Part shown: positions 11,277 to 21,699 of the stretch, one piece after another
How positions within the stretch are numbered: position 1 is the first letter of the stretch
Layout: each line of letters opens with the position of its first letter
Origin: Clostridium sp. CAG:417
Lineage (GTDB): Bacteria; Bacillota_I; Bacilli_A; RF39; UBA660
DNA: 64,000 nucleotides
Direction: 5' to 3'
Assembly: GCA_000432835.1 (NCBI GenBank)
Contig: FR890371.1
Location: forward strand, 62,915 to 126,914
The notes under the pieces: model-generated
What the model was told of the DNA's origin: nothing
Databases searched by the model: none
Seen by the model: the letters and a program-made list of their open reading frames with translations, nothing else
Made by a program: the position numbers and the translations under genes

Positions 11277-12410
11277 ATGAATAAAAACTATTGGGATTAT
11301 TATTTTAAAAAAGAAAATAATAATGAGCATGATAATAAAATAAATGTTTTAGTAATAAAATCTAAAAATAAAATTAATAAGTTAAAAGTTGGAGTTTCAC
11401 TGATATCATCATTATTAATATTTTATTTGATGATTGGAAAAAATTTGTCTTTAAATAAGGAAAGTCCAGTAGAAAAAGATATATATAAAGTTCGAGATAG
11501 TGATCCAACAGATTTATATGATGCGATTAATAAAAATGATAATTTAGATGAAAAAGAAAAACGATTAATAGATAACTCATGGATTTTTATAAATGATTAT
11601 TATCAATATATTGATTTTACTAACGTAGAGAATGTTTTAGAAGATTTTGATATTTTATATTCTAGTGATTCAAGTGGAGGAACTGCGGCTACTTGGAACA
11701 ATGATAAAAAAGTAATAACTATATATGGAGATACTGATATCCTAGAGAAAAGTTCTAGTGCTAATCATGAATTTATTCATATGCTTAGTACTTCAGATAA
11801 AGATTATTCAAACTTCTTAAGTGAAGGAGTTACATCACTTATCTGCTCAGAATATGATTTAACACCAGATGCTTACTTTAGACAAGCGGTAGTAGTAAGA
11901 ATGCTTTGTGAAATAATAGGTAGTGATATAGTCATGGAGAGTTTTTTACAAAGTGATTTTAAACTAATAGAAGATGAATTACTAAAATTAGATAATGATA
12001 AAGAAAAAATAAAAGAATTAACAAATTACTTTGAAGAATTTGAAAAGGACTTTTATGAAAGAGCTGATTTACCTGCAAAATTGGTAAATAAAGAACAGGA
12101 AGAACAACATAATAAATTAGTAAAAGAAGAAGATGAGTTAGCAATAAAAATTAATAATATTTTATGTTATTATTATACTCAAAAAACAGGAAAAGATGTT
12201 TTAGCATTTAATAAAATTGGAGTTAATAGGTGTGATGCTGATATAGTAATGGGAATTTATTCTGATAGTTTAATTAATAACTCTAATCCAGAAAATTTTA
12301 ATACTAACTATTTTAATAAAAGATTAAAAGATTACAATATGAGTTTTTCATATGGTGGATATGATATAGAATGCAATAAAGATGGGAAATATTTAATGAA
12401 AAAAAAATAA
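11277..12410 (+). CDS. Membrane-anchored putative zinc metallopeptidase
   Basis: TM helix after a Lys-rich N-terminus. HExxH motif (ANHEFIHM). Otherwise unrecognised. Confidence 0.3.
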   Translation: MNKNYWDYYFKKENNNEHDNKINVLVIKSKNKINKLKVGVSLISSLLIFYLMIGKNLSLNKESPVEKDIYKVRDSDPTDLYDAINKNDNLDEKEKRLIDNSWIFINDYYQYIDFTNVENVLEDFDILYSSDSSGGTAATWNNDKKVITIYGDTDILEKSSSANHEFIHMLSTSDKDYSNFLSEGVTSLICSEYDLTPDAYFRQAVVVRMLCEIIGSDIVMESFLQSDFKLIEDELLKLDNDKEKIKELTNYFEEFEKDFYERADLPAKLVNKEQEEQHNKLVKEEDELAIKINNILCYYYTQKTGKDVLAFNKIGVNRCDADIVMGIYSDSLINNSNPENFNTNYFNKRLKDYNMSFSYGGYDIECNKDGKYLMKKK

Positions 12411-12496
12411 AAATTTTTTTTCATTTTTAGTTCTCAGCTAATTGACTTTTGTCGTTATTTAGCGTATAATGAATGCCAGTTTAGAGGAGCGTAAAA

Positions 12497-13168
12497 ATGG
12501 AGCAAATTGATTTAGCTGAGTTTTTTAGATATTATTTATCTAAAATAATAATTGTTGTGATCGGGATAGGGTTAATGGTTGTAGTAGGAAATGTTTATAG
12601 CTTAATAGCTAGAAGACCGCTATATGAAAGTAATACAACTATTGTTTTAGCAAGTGAGTCAAAGGATAGTGCGACTTATACACAGAATGATTTACAATTA
12701 AATCAAAAACTTGTTTCTACATATAGTCAAATAATTAAAAGTAGAAAAGTAATGCAAAAAGTAATAGATACTGAGAGATTAAATTATACAGTAAGTCAAC
12801 TTTCAGAAAATGTTACTGTTACTAGTGTTCAAGATACTGAACTTATAAAAATATCTGTTAATGATAGAAATAGCATTACTGCTATGAAAATAGCAAATGA
12901 TATTGTACCTGTCTTTTCAGAAGAAGTTAAACGTATTTATAAGATAGATAATGTAAGTGTTGTAGATGAGGCAGTTGAAGCTAGTAAACCATATAATATA
13001 AACTATGTAAAAGAAAATCTAATATATATATTAGTAGGTTTTGTATTAGCAAGTGCTGTTATATTTATTATTTATTATTTTGATACGACAATTAAATCTA
13101 GTGAAATAGTAGAGGATAAATTAGGTTTAACAGTAATAGGAATAGTTCCTAAGGAAGAAAAGGAGTAG
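12497..13168 (+). CDS. Capsular/exopolysaccharide chain-length determinant (Wzz/CpsC/YwqC family, tyrosine kinase modulator)
   Basis: Two TM helices flanking a periplasmic domain, plus a C-terminal IGIVP motif. First gene of the cps module. Confidence 0.8.
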   Translation: MEQIDLAEFFRYYLSKIIIVVIGIGLMVVVGNVYSLIARRPLYESNTTIVLASESKDSATYTQNDLQLNQKLVSTYSQIIKSRKVMQKVIDTERLNYTVSQLSENVTVTSVQDTELIKISVNDRNSITAMKIANDIVPVFSEEVKRIYKIDNVSVVDEAVEASKPYNINYVKENLIYILVGFVLASAVIFIIYYFDTTIKSSEIVEDKLGLTVIGIVPKEEKE

Positions 13169-13172
13169 AGGT

Positions 13173-13895
13173 ATGAAGTCAACAGATTTAATTATTAATG
13201 TAAATCCTAAATCAATATTTAGTGAATCAATAAAAACAATTCGTACAAATTTAGCTTTTTCAGCAATTGGGAATGAAATGAAAGTATTACTAGCAACATC
13301 ACCAGCAGCTGGGGATGGAAAAAGTTTTATTTCGGCTAACTTGGCAGTAGCATATGCTCAAGAGGGCAAGAAAGTACTAATGATAGATTGTGATTTACGT
13401 AGAGGTAGACAACATGAAATATTTGAAGTAATGAATTTAACTAGTGGGGGGTATTCTAACTTAATATTAAATTATAAAGAAGATGTGAATTTAGGTAAAT
13501 ATATAATGAAAACATCAAATGCAAATGTTGATTTATTACCTACTGGTCCAACTCCACCTAATCCAATAGAGTTATTAGCATCAGAAAATAATCAAAAGTT
13601 ATTAAATGAGTTAAGAAAACTGTATGATATAATTATATTAGATTGTCCACCAGTTATAGGATTAAGTGATACTATGATTATGACAAAATTTAGTGATGCT
13701 AATATAATAGTTGTTTCAAATAAAAAAACTAAGATAGAAAGTTTAGATAGGGCAAAAAAAATATTTGCTCAAGCAAATGCTAAAATTACAGGGGTTGTTA
13801 TTAATAAAGCTTCAGTAAAGGGGAGCAGTTATTATAGTTATTACTCAGATGAATATTATAGAGATACAGATAGTAAAAAGAAGAGAAAAAGATAA
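13173..13895 (+). CDS. BY-kinase (CpsD/YwqD family tyrosine-protein kinase)
   Basis: Walker A (SPAAGDGKSFISANLA), Walker A' (LMIDCDLRR), Walker B (IILDCPPV) and a C-terminal tyrosine cluster (SSYYSYYSDEYYRD). Confidence 0.88.
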   Translation: MKSTDLIINVNPKSIFSESIKTIRTNLAFSAIGNEMKVLLATSPAAGDGKSFISANLAVAYAQEGKKVLMIDCDLRRGRQHEIFEVMNLTSGGYSNLILNYKEDVNLGKYIMKTSNANVDLLPTGPTPPNPIELLASENNQKLLNELRKLYDIIILDCPPVIGLSDTMIMTKFSDANIIVVSNKKTKIESLDRAKKIFAQANAKITGVVINKASVKGSSYYSYYSDEYYRDTDSKKKRKR

Positions 13896-14623
13896 TGAAG
13901 GATTTACATTCGCATCTGTTACCAGGAATTGATGATGGAAGTAAAAGCTTTGAAGAAAGTATTAAAATACTTAAAAAAGCAAGTATAGAAGGGGTTACAG
14001 ATATAGTACTTACACCTCATTATATTGAGGATACAAAATATAATTGTAATAACAAAAATAAGAAAGAATTATTTGAAGAACTAAGAGAGAAGATAAGAAA
14101 TGAAAATATAAATATAAACTTATACTTAGGTAATGAAGCATATATTAGTGAAAATTATATAGATTTAATAAAACAACATGAAATAATGACAATTAATAAT
14201 ACAAGATATTTATTATTAGAATTTCCTTTAGGAAATATGTTTAGAAATACAAAAGAAATATTATATGAACTTATAGTGGCTGGTTGCATACCAATTTTAG
14301 CTCATCCTGAAAGATATAAAATATTTCAAAGACATCCAGATTATATAGAAGAGTATTTAAGAATGGGTGTACTATTGCAAGGAAATTATAAGAGCTTATT
14401 TGGTAAATATGGAAGTGATGCTAAAAAAACTTTAAAATATTTCTTAAAGAGAGGATGGATTACTTTTTTAGGAAGTGATACACATCATGAAGAAGACTTT
14501 GATATAAAAAAATTAGGAAAAAAATTGAAATCAATAATTAAAGACGAGGAAATAGTAGAAGATTTATTAGAAAATAATTTTGATAAAGTTATAAATGATT
14601 TAGATATCGGTATAAGAAGATAG
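13895..14623 (+). CDS. PHP-family protein-tyrosine phosphatase (CpsB/YwqE)
   Basis: N-terminal DLHSHLLPGIDDG motif, with further His motifs (TPHY, LAHPER, GSDTHH). Confidence 0.85.
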   Translation: MKDLHSHLLPGIDDGSKSFEESIKILKKASIEGVTDIVLTPHYIEDTKYNCNNKNKKELFEELREKIRNENININLYLGNEAYISENYIDLIKQHEIMTINNTRYLLLEFPLGNMFRNTKEILYELIVAGCIPILAHPERYKIFQRHPDYIEEYLRMGVLLQGNYKSLFGKYGSDAKKTLKYFLKRGWITFLGSDTHHEEDFDIKKLGKKLKSIIKDEEIVEDLLENNFDKVINDLDIGIRR

Positions 14624-14644
14624 AAAATTAGTGAGGGAAAAATT

Positions 14645-15310
14645 ATGAATGATGCAATTACTTTAGAAAAAAATAAAGTATCTGTAAAAGAAGTAGGCTA
14701 TTTGTTCATTAAGAGGTTGTTTGATATAGTTTGCGGGTTATTAGGTTGTATACTTATATTACCGATTGCTATTGTAGTGAAGATAGCTTACGTTTGTGAT
14801 AAGGATTTTGCTAGTATATTTTATTCACAAATTAGAATTGGAAAGAACGGTAAGAAATTTAAGTTGTATAAATTTAGATCAATGGTTCCTAATGCAGATG
14901 AAATATTAAGTAAGACACTAGAAATGGATAAAGTTGCTGCTGAACAATGGAGAAAATATCAGAAATTAGAAAATGATCCAAGAATTACTAAAATGGGTAA
15001 TAAATTGAGAAAAACATCTTTAGATGAAATTCCACAAATGTTTAATGTATTAAAAGGTGATATGTCTATGATTGGCCCTAGACCATTAGTGATTGGAGAG
15101 TTAGATGCACATAAAGGAAATCATGAAATATATGAAAGCGTAAGACCTGGAATAACTGGTTGGTGGGCATGCAATGGAAGAAGTGCTACTACATATAAAA
15201 AGAGATTAGAATTAGAATATTACTATTGTAATAATAGAAGTTTATGGTTAGATATAAAATGTGTTTTTCTGACAATTAAAGCTGTTTTGTTTAAAGACGG
15301 TGCAAAATAA
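14645..15310 (+). CDS. Undecaprenyl-phosphate sugar phosphotransferase, the small 'bacterial sugar transferase' priming enzyme
   Basis: KR.FD motif, IGKNGK.F..YKFRSM and PGITG motifs of the WbaP/CpsE C-terminal domain family. Confidence 0.85.
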   Translation: MNDAITLEKNKVSVKEVGYLFIKRLFDIVCGLLGCILILPIAIVVKIAYVCDKDFASIFYSQIRIGKNGKKFKLYKFRSMVPNADEILSKTLEMDKVAAEQWRKYQKLENDPRITKMGNKLRKTSLDEIPQMFNVLKGDMSMIGPRPLVIGELDAHKGNHEIYESVRPGITGWWACNGRSATTYKKRLELEYYYCNNRSLWLDIKCVFLTIKAVLFKDGAK

Positions 15311-15396
15311 GAAATGTACAATATTTAATTAATACTACTTAGGTACATACTGAAAACTTTGATATGTATCTTTTTTTATCAAGGAGGTAGCAAAAA

Positions 15397-16509
15397 ATGA
15401 AGAAAAAAGAAGAGCCAATTAGAATTGCTCAAATTGTTGGTAAATGGTTAGGTGGAGGAGTAGAAGCTGTAGTAATGAATTATTATAGACATCTTGATCA
15501 TGATAAAATTCAATTTGATTTTATATGTGATGATGACTCTACTAATATTCCTTATGATGAAATAGAAAAACTTGGGGGAAAAGTAATATTAATACCACCT
15601 TATCAGAAAGTATTTAAATATCAAAAAGAATTGCGTAGAGTATTAAGAGATGGTAAATATAAAATTGTACATTCTCACATTAATACTTTAAGTGTATTCC
15701 CTTTATATGCGGCTAAAAAGGTAGGAGTGCCAGTAAGAATAGCTCATTCTCATTCAACTACAAATAAAAAAGAATGGAAGAAAAACTTATTAAAGCAAGT
15801 CCTAAGACCCTTCAGTAAGAAATATGCAACTAACTATATGTGTTGTAGTGAACTTGCTGGTAGATGGTTATTTGGTGATAAGGCATATGATGAGGGAAAA
15901 GTTTATTTACTTAATAATGCAATTGATTTAGACAAGTTTAAATATGACAAAAAGATAAGGGATAAAAAGAGAAAAGAACTTGGTATTAAAGAAGATACAA
16001 TTGTTATTGGGCATATAGGAAGATTTGTAGCTCAGAAAAATCATACTTTTTTAATTGATATATTTAATCAATTTCATAAAAAAGAAAAAAATTCTATTTT
16101 ATTGCTTGCTGGTCAAGGACCTCTACAAGAAGAAATTAAAAATAAAGTTAGAGAATTAGGATTAGATGATAGTGTCAGATTTTTAGGACAAAGAAATGAT
16201 GCCAATGAATTATATCAGGCATTTGACGTTTTCTTACTACCAAGTTTATATGAGGGATTACCAGTAGTAGGAGTTGAAGCTCAAGCATCTGGGCTGTTAT
16301 GTTTCTTTTCAGATGATATGACTAAAGAAACTAAGGTCCTTGATTCCACTGTTTTTATGAGTTTGTCTAATACAGCTGAAGAATGGACTGGTGAAATATT
16401 AACTAATCTAAAAGATTATAAAAGAATTAATACAAAGAATGAAGTATCTGATAATGGGTTTGATATTGAAATTGAAGCACGAAAATTGGAGAAATATTAT
16501 ATAAATTAA
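15397..16509 (+). CDS. Glycosyltransferase family 4 (GT-B)
   Basis: GHIGRF....K and E...P motif (LYEGLPVVGVEAQASG) typical of GT4. Confidence 0.8.
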   Translation: MKKKEEPIRIAQIVGKWLGGGVEAVVMNYYRHLDHDKIQFDFICDDDSTNIPYDEIEKLGGKVILIPPYQKVFKYQKELRRVLRDGKYKIVHSHINTLSVFPLYAAKKVGVPVRIAHSHSTTNKKEWKKNLLKQVLRPFSKKYATNYMCCSELAGRWLFGDKAYDEGKVYLLNNAIDLDKFKYDKKIRDKKRKELGIKEDTIVIGHIGRFVAQKNHTFLIDIFNQFHKKEKNSILLLAGQGPLQEEIKNKVRELGLDDSVRFLGQRNDANELYQAFDVFLLPSLYEGLPVVGVEAQASGLLCFFSDDMTKETKVLDSTVFMSLSNTAEEWTGEILTNLKDYKRINTKNEVSDNGFDIEIEARKLEKYYIN

Positions 16510-16528
16510 AGAGATAGGAGTTTTAGGT

Positions 16529-18199
16529 ATGAATATTAGGCAAGTTTTAAAAAATATTAGATTAAAGTTTAACATGGTTGGATCTGGTCGTAGAAAAAAT
16601 AAGCTAAATTCAATCGATTTTTCGATAATCTCTAATAATTGCTTTGCTGGAATTGTTTATCAACATTTTAATTTACAATATAATACTCCAACTGTTGGCT
16701 TGTATTTTTATCCAGATGAATATATTAAATTTTGCAAAAAATTTGATTATTACATAGGTCAAAAATTAACATTTATTAAAGCATCTAATTCTAAATATTT
16801 TGATGATTTAAAGAAGAACCATTATGAAAATGTTATTGTTGGAATGTTGGACGATGTAGAAATAGTATTTTTGCATTATAAAACAGAAAGAGAAGCTAAG
16901 GATAAATGGGAAAGAAGAGTGCACAGACTTAGCAAAAATATTATTTTTAAATTTAATGATCAAAATGGTGCTACATATGAAAATTTAAGGGATTTTGATG
17001 CTTTACCTTATAAAAATAAAATAATGTTTACAGCAAGAAATTATCCTGAGTTTACTTCAAATGTTTTTTGTAAAAAGTATAAGAGTGCTTCTTTTATAAA
17101 GGAAGACTATTATAGTGTTTATAAATATATTAATTTAGTTAATTATATAAATCATAGTATTGTAGGAAAGAAGGTATTACATATTATTCCAACCTACAAT
17201 TATTCGGGTGCTGAAAATGTGGCCATAACAATAATAGATTCATTAAAGAAAAAATATAATTTTGATTATTGTTCTTTTAATGGAAATACAAAAGATATTT
17301 TGAATGAACATAAAATAAACTTTATCTGTATCAATAAATTTAATCCTAAATCAATAAAAAAAATTATTCGTGAAGGTAAATATGATATTATTCATGCACA
17401 TGACTATAAAGCAAGTTGTATGTGTGCTTTAGTCAAGGGAAAAACCAAATTGATTATGCATTTACATAATAATTCTCCATGGCTAAAAAAGGTATGTTTC
17501 AATTCTTTTGCCATTTTATTTGCTGCTTTTAGAGCTGAAAAGATTTTAACTGTTTCAGAATCTATAGAAAATGAATATATATTTTCTAAGTTTATAGATA
17601 AAAAAATTGAATGTATTGATAATCCCATTTCAAGAGGTAAAATATTGTCTATGGTTTCTAAAAACGATTATCAAAAGAAATATGATATATGTTGTGTAGC
17701 AAGATTAACGGAACAAAAAAATCCAATGAAATTTTTAGATGTGTTATATAGCATAAAAAAATCCAAATCTGATGTGAAGGCAGTATGGGTAGGAGAAGGA
17801 AGTCTTGAAGTTGAAGTTAAGAAAAGAATATACGAATTAGGACTTGCAGATAATGTAGAAATGGTAGGATTCCAAAAGAATCCGTATAAATATATGGCTT
17901 GTTCAAAGATATTTATGCTTACCTCTGATTGGGAGGGTTATGGGTTAGTAGCGTTTGAAGCATTAACTTTGGGTCTGCCATGCATTGTTTCTAACGTTGG
18001 TGGTTTACCAAAGATTGTAGATGATAGTTGTGGTATGTTGTGTAATAAAGCTGGCGATTTTGTTCATGAAGCAATTGAACTTTTAAATGATTCTAATAAG
18101 TATGTATCTAAAAGTAAAAATGCAGTAAAAAAATCAAAAAAAATAGAGAATATTGTTACATATATTAATAAAATAGATGATATTTATAGCAATTTATAG
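16529..18199 (+). CDS. Fusion protein: N-terminal DUF1919-like exopolysaccharide biosynthesis domain plus C-terminal GT4 glycosyltransferase
   Basis: N-terminal SIISNNCFAGIVYQ...PTVGLYF resembles DUF1919. C-terminal EGYGLVAFEALTLGLPCIVSNVGG is the GT4 EX7E motif. Confidence 0.6.
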   Translation: MNIRQVLKNIRLKFNMVGSGRRKNKLNSIDFSIISNNCFAGIVYQHFNLQYNTPTVGLYFYPDEYIKFCKKFDYYIGQKLTFIKASNSKYFDDLKKNHYENVIVGMLDDVEIVFLHYKTEREAKDKWERRVHRLSKNIIFKFNDQNGATYENLRDFDALPYKNKIMFTARNYPEFTSNVFCKKYKSASFIKEDYYSVYKYINLVNYINHSIVGKKVLHIIPTYNYSGAENVAITIIDSLKKKYNFDYCSFNGNTKDILNEHKINFICINKFNPKSIKKIIREGKYDIIHAHDYKASCMCALVKGKTKLIMHLHNNSPWLKKVCFNSFAILFAAFRAEKILTVSESIENEYIFSKFIDKKIECIDNPISRGKILSMVSKNDYQKKYDICCVARLTEQKNPMKFLDVLYSIKKSKSDVKAVWVGEGSLEVEVKKRIYELGLADNVEMVGFQKNPYKYMACSKIFMLTSDWEGYGLVAFEALTLGLPCIVSNVGGLPKIVDDSCGMLCNKAGDFVHEAIELLNDSNKYVSKSKNAVKKSKKIENIVTYINKIDDIYSNL

Positions 18200-18224
18200 T
18201 TATCTATCTTTTTAGAAGGGAATA

Positions 18225-19331
18225 TTGATATTTATGTTTGAAAATAATAAATTAATTAATAAATTCAATTTTGTAGAAATTATTATTATATTTTTCTCTA
18301 TATTATTAAAATATTTGATTATACATAAAGTGTCTAATTTGGTTTTATATCCTTATCTATGTGGACTTCTTTTTCTTGCTTTCTGTGTAGTATTTAGGAA
18401 AAAGGTAAAACATTCAGAATTAATGAAAATTATGTTTTTATTTTTGATATCTGTGTATTTTGTTGTTTACTATAAGGATGTTAATTTTTTGATTTCATTT
18501 TTATTGGCGATTGTATGTTTAGATAAGGAAAATAAATCTTTTATTAAAATATTTATGGTATCTTCCATTGTTCTGTATATTCTAAATATTGTTTTTAACT
18601 TTATGGGCATTTTACCTAGTAACAATTTAGTTAGGTATACTGAAAGTGGGGTCATTACAAGATATGATTTAGGATTTGGACACCCAAATGAAGTTTTTCT
18701 TTTTTGGTTACCAATTTTATTTTCTGCGTATTACCTTTATGGTGAGAATAAAGCTTTCTATTTAATTACTACATTAATATCGTTGATATTATTCTATTTA
18801 TCTAATTGTAGAACTGGAATAGTGTGTGCTTTATTGTTACTTGTTTTAGGATGGATTCAGAGTTTTACTGGTAAATTAAAAAATTTTCGTTTTATATCAA
18901 TTATATTTTTAATGTACTCGTTTATTTCTATATTGATTGCATCTAAGTTTGGCAGTAATATTAATGATCCAATTAATATAGCATTATCTTATAGACCATA
19001 TTATTGGAATTTATATTTGGATAATAATATGTTGTTTAGTATTTTTGGTCATAACTACAATACGGTTTGGTATATTGATAACTTTTATTTATATTTATTG
19101 ATTGATTTAGGTATAACTGGTTTCTTATTATATTTCATCTTATATTTTTTATCATTGAAAAGATTACATTTCGATTATAAATTGGTGTTAATAATATTTG
19201 TGTTTTTACTATATGGTTTGTTTGAATCTAATGTTATAATTGGTAGTATTCAGTTTGCCTTTGCAATTCAACTTAAAATTTTGATAGAAGACAAAAAAAC
19301 TAGGATTATATTAAAAAATATTGAGGAGTGA
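18225..19331 (+). CDS. Polysaccharide polymerase (Wzy/O-antigen ligase-like, multi-TM)
   Basis: About 10 predicted TM helices and no soluble domains. Located within the cps locus. Confidence 0.6.
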   Translation: MIFMFENNKLINKFNFVEIIIIFFSILLKYLIIHKVSNLVLYPYLCGLLFLAFCVVFRKKVKHSELMKIMFLFLISVYFVVYYKDVNFLISFLLAIVCLDKENKSFIKIFMVSSIVLYILNIVFNFMGILPSNNLVRYTESGVITRYDLGFGHPNEVFLFWLPILFSAYYLYGENKAFYLITTLISLILFYLSNCRTGIVCALLLLVLGWIQSFTGKLKNFRFISIIFLMYSFISILIASKFGSNINDPINIALSYRPYYWNLYLDNNMLFSIFGHNYNTVWYIDNFYLYLLIDLGITGFLLYFILYFLSLKRLHFDYKLVLIIFVFLLYGLFESNVIIGSIQFAFAIQLKILIEDKKTRIILKNIEE

Positions 19332-20167
19332 TTTTAGTGAAAAAAATAAATATAGTTGAACAAAAAAAAATAATGGTAGAAATTTTGGCTTATTTTGATA
19401 AAGTATGTAGGCAAAATAATATTAATTATTCTTTAATAGGTGGATCGTTGATAGGGGCTATCAGACATCAAGGAATTATACCATGGGATGATGATATCGA
19501 TGTAATTTTATCTAGGGACAATTATCTAAAAATAATAGAAATATTGGAAAAGGATGATGATGCTAGATTCAAAATTTTAACAAAAAATAATACCAAGGAT
19601 TATTTTTTTCCATTTCCTAAATTAGTAGACAAAAGAACATATGTTGTTGAACATCAAAATTTAGAACAAATTTCTGAATATGGAATATATATTGATATTT
19701 TTTCATATAATTTTATGCCAAATAGTCAAAAAGAGCGAACAAAAGTAGTAAAAAAAATTAAACTTTATAATAGTATGATGTCAAGAAAAAAATTAAATTT
19801 CAAAAAAGAAGGGATAAAACAAAATTTTCTTCGCTTTAATAAAAATATGATTTCAAAGGTTATTGGATATGATTCTATTTATAAAAAATTAGAAAAAATT
19901 TATAATAAGTATTCAAAAAATAAATCTGATTATGTTGTTTCCAATTGGCCAATTTATGATATTAGTAAGGAAATACAAAATTCTAATAATATTGCTGAAT
20001 ATATTAATGTTTCGTTTGAAAACATTCAGGTTATGATTTTTAAAAATTATGATGAAATATTAAAAACAACATTTGGAGATTATATGCAATTACCACCAGA
20101 AGGTAAAAGAAAATCTCATGGTTTAGAGGCATATTGGAGGAATGATAATGAAGAAAAGGAATGTTAA
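19328..20167 (+). CDS. licD: LicD-family phosphotransferase (phosphocholine or polyol-phosphate transferase)
   Basis: LIGGSLIGAIRHQGIIPWDDDIDV is the LicD/fukutin nucleotidyltransferase-fold DXD signature. Confidence 0.8.
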   Translation: MILVKKINIVEQKKIMVEILAYFDKVCRQNNINYSLIGGSLIGAIRHQGIIPWDDDIDVILSRDNYLKIIEILEKDDDARFKILTKNNTKDYFFPFPKLVDKRTYVVEHQNLEQISEYGIYIDIFSYNFMPNSQKERTKVVKKIKLYNSMMSRKKLNFKKEGIKQNFLRFNKNMISKVIGYDSIYKKLEKIYNKYSKNKSDYVVSNWPIYDISKEIQNSNNIAEYINVSFENIQVMIFKNYDEILKTTFGDYMQLPPEGKRKSHGLEAYWRNDNEEKEC

Positions 20168-21653
20168 AAAAATTACTCTTATAAATATAATTTCAAATAT
20201 AATATTGCAAATAGCAAACATTTTTTCATGGTTCATAATTCCAAAGATAATTTTGACTTATTTTGGTTCTGATGTTAATGGTTTAGTATCCTCTATAACG
20301 CAGTTTTTAAGTTATATTACTTTAATTGAAGGTGGTGTAACTGGTGTTGTAATGGCTAGCTTATATAAACCATTAGTAAATAATGATAATAAAAAGATAA
20401 GTGCAATAATAAAAACATCTCAAAAATTTTACAAAAAAGTTGGTATAATTTTTTCTATATATTGTCTAATCTTGGCAACTGTTTACCCATTATTATTTAA
20501 TACAGGATTTAATTATCTCTATGTGTTTTCTTTAGTGATTGTTTTATCTATTAATTTACTGATTCAATATATGTATTCATTAGCTTTTAGAAATTTGTTA
20601 AACGCTGATAAAAAAGGTTATGTTGTTTCTTTTACTCAAACTTTGATATTAGTTTTAGGAATATTATTGTCATATATTTCTGTTGCTATTTATCCTAGTA
20701 TTCATATATTAAAATTAATAACTGGTTTGTTATTTGTTTTACAGCCTATTATTTATAATAAATATGTAAAAAATCATTATAATATAATGCATGATGCAAA
20801 GGATGATAAAAATTTATTAAAAAATAGATGGAATGGTTTTGCAATTAATATTGCCGCTTTCATTCATAATTGTACTGATATAGCAATTTTAACGATTTTT
20901 ACTAATTTAGCAACAGTTTCCATATATAGTGTTTATTCTATTGTGACAAATGGGCTTCGTTCTATTTTTAATGCTGTTTCTAATGCTATAGTTCCCAATA
21001 TAGGACAGGCTTATGCTAGTGAAAATACAGAAGAAATAAATTCTAAAATGGATCTTTATGAATTTGTCACATTTAATTTGGTTTTTTACATGTTTACGAT
21101 TGCTGCATTACTTATAACTCCTTTTGTAATGATTTATACACATGGAATAAATGATGCAAATTATAATCAGTTAATATTTGGAGTATTATTGGTGGTATCT
21201 GAGGCCATATATTTGATTAAATTTCCTCATTTAAATCTTTCATATTCTGCAAATAAATTTAAAGAATTAACCATTCCTGCCTTTTTGGAGGCCGGTATTA
21301 ATATAATTGTTTCACTTGTTTTTGTTAGTAAATTAGGTCTGATTGGTGTTGCAATAGGAACGATTTGTGGAATGATTTATAGATTGATTTACCAAGTTTA
21401 TTTTAGTACTAAGTTAATTAGAAATAGACCTCAAAAGGTATTTTATAAAAAATTACTTGTATATATTATTTTCACCTTAATTGGTTTAACTTTATGTTAT
21501 TATTTTGTACCAATATCTAAATTTAATATAGGCAGTTTCATTAAGACTTCAATTGTGTATGCGTGCTTGTTCGGAGTTATGTATTTTGTTGCTAGTATAG
21601 TTGCATTTAATAATGAGTTAAAATATTTAAAGAACTATCTAATTAAAAGATAA
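20142..21653 (+). CDS. Wzx-type flippase (MOP superfamily polysaccharide biosynthesis protein)
   Basis: 503 aa with about 12-14 TM helices. Located within the cps locus. Confidence 0.7.
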   Translation: MIMKKRNVKKITLINIISNIILQIANIFSWFIIPKIILTYFGSDVNGLVSSITQFLSYITLIEGGVTGVVMASLYKPLVNNDNKKISAIIKTSQKFYKKVGIIFSIYCLILATVYPLLFNTGFNYLYVFSLVIVLSINLLIQYMYSLAFRNLLNADKKGYVVSFTQTLILVLGILLSYISVAIYPSIHILKLITGLLFVLQPIIYNKYVKNHYNIMHDAKDDKNLLKNRWNGFAINIAAFIHNCTDIAILTIFTNLATVSIYSVYSIVTNGLRSIFNAVSNAIVPNIGQAYASENTEEINSKMDLYEFVTFNLVFYMFTIAALLITPFVMIYTHGINDANYNQLIFGVLLVVSEAIYLIKFPHLNLSYSANKFKELTIPAFLEAGINIIVSLVFVSKLGLIGVAIGTICGMIYRLIYQVYFSTKLIRNRPQKVFYKKLLVYIIFTLIGLTLCYYFVPISKFNIGSFIKTSIVYACLFGVMYFVASIVAFNNELKYLKNYLIKR

Positions 21654-21699
21654 GTTTTTAGGGTAATGTGGTTTTTGTTTGTAGTGACAAGGAGAATAT

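Noticed and set aside
17404-18655. Antisense ORFs within the glycosyltransferase and Wzy genes (17404..17628, 18470..18655)
   Set aside because: Embedded in the opposite strand of well-supported cps genes. Hydrophobic AT-rich artefacts.
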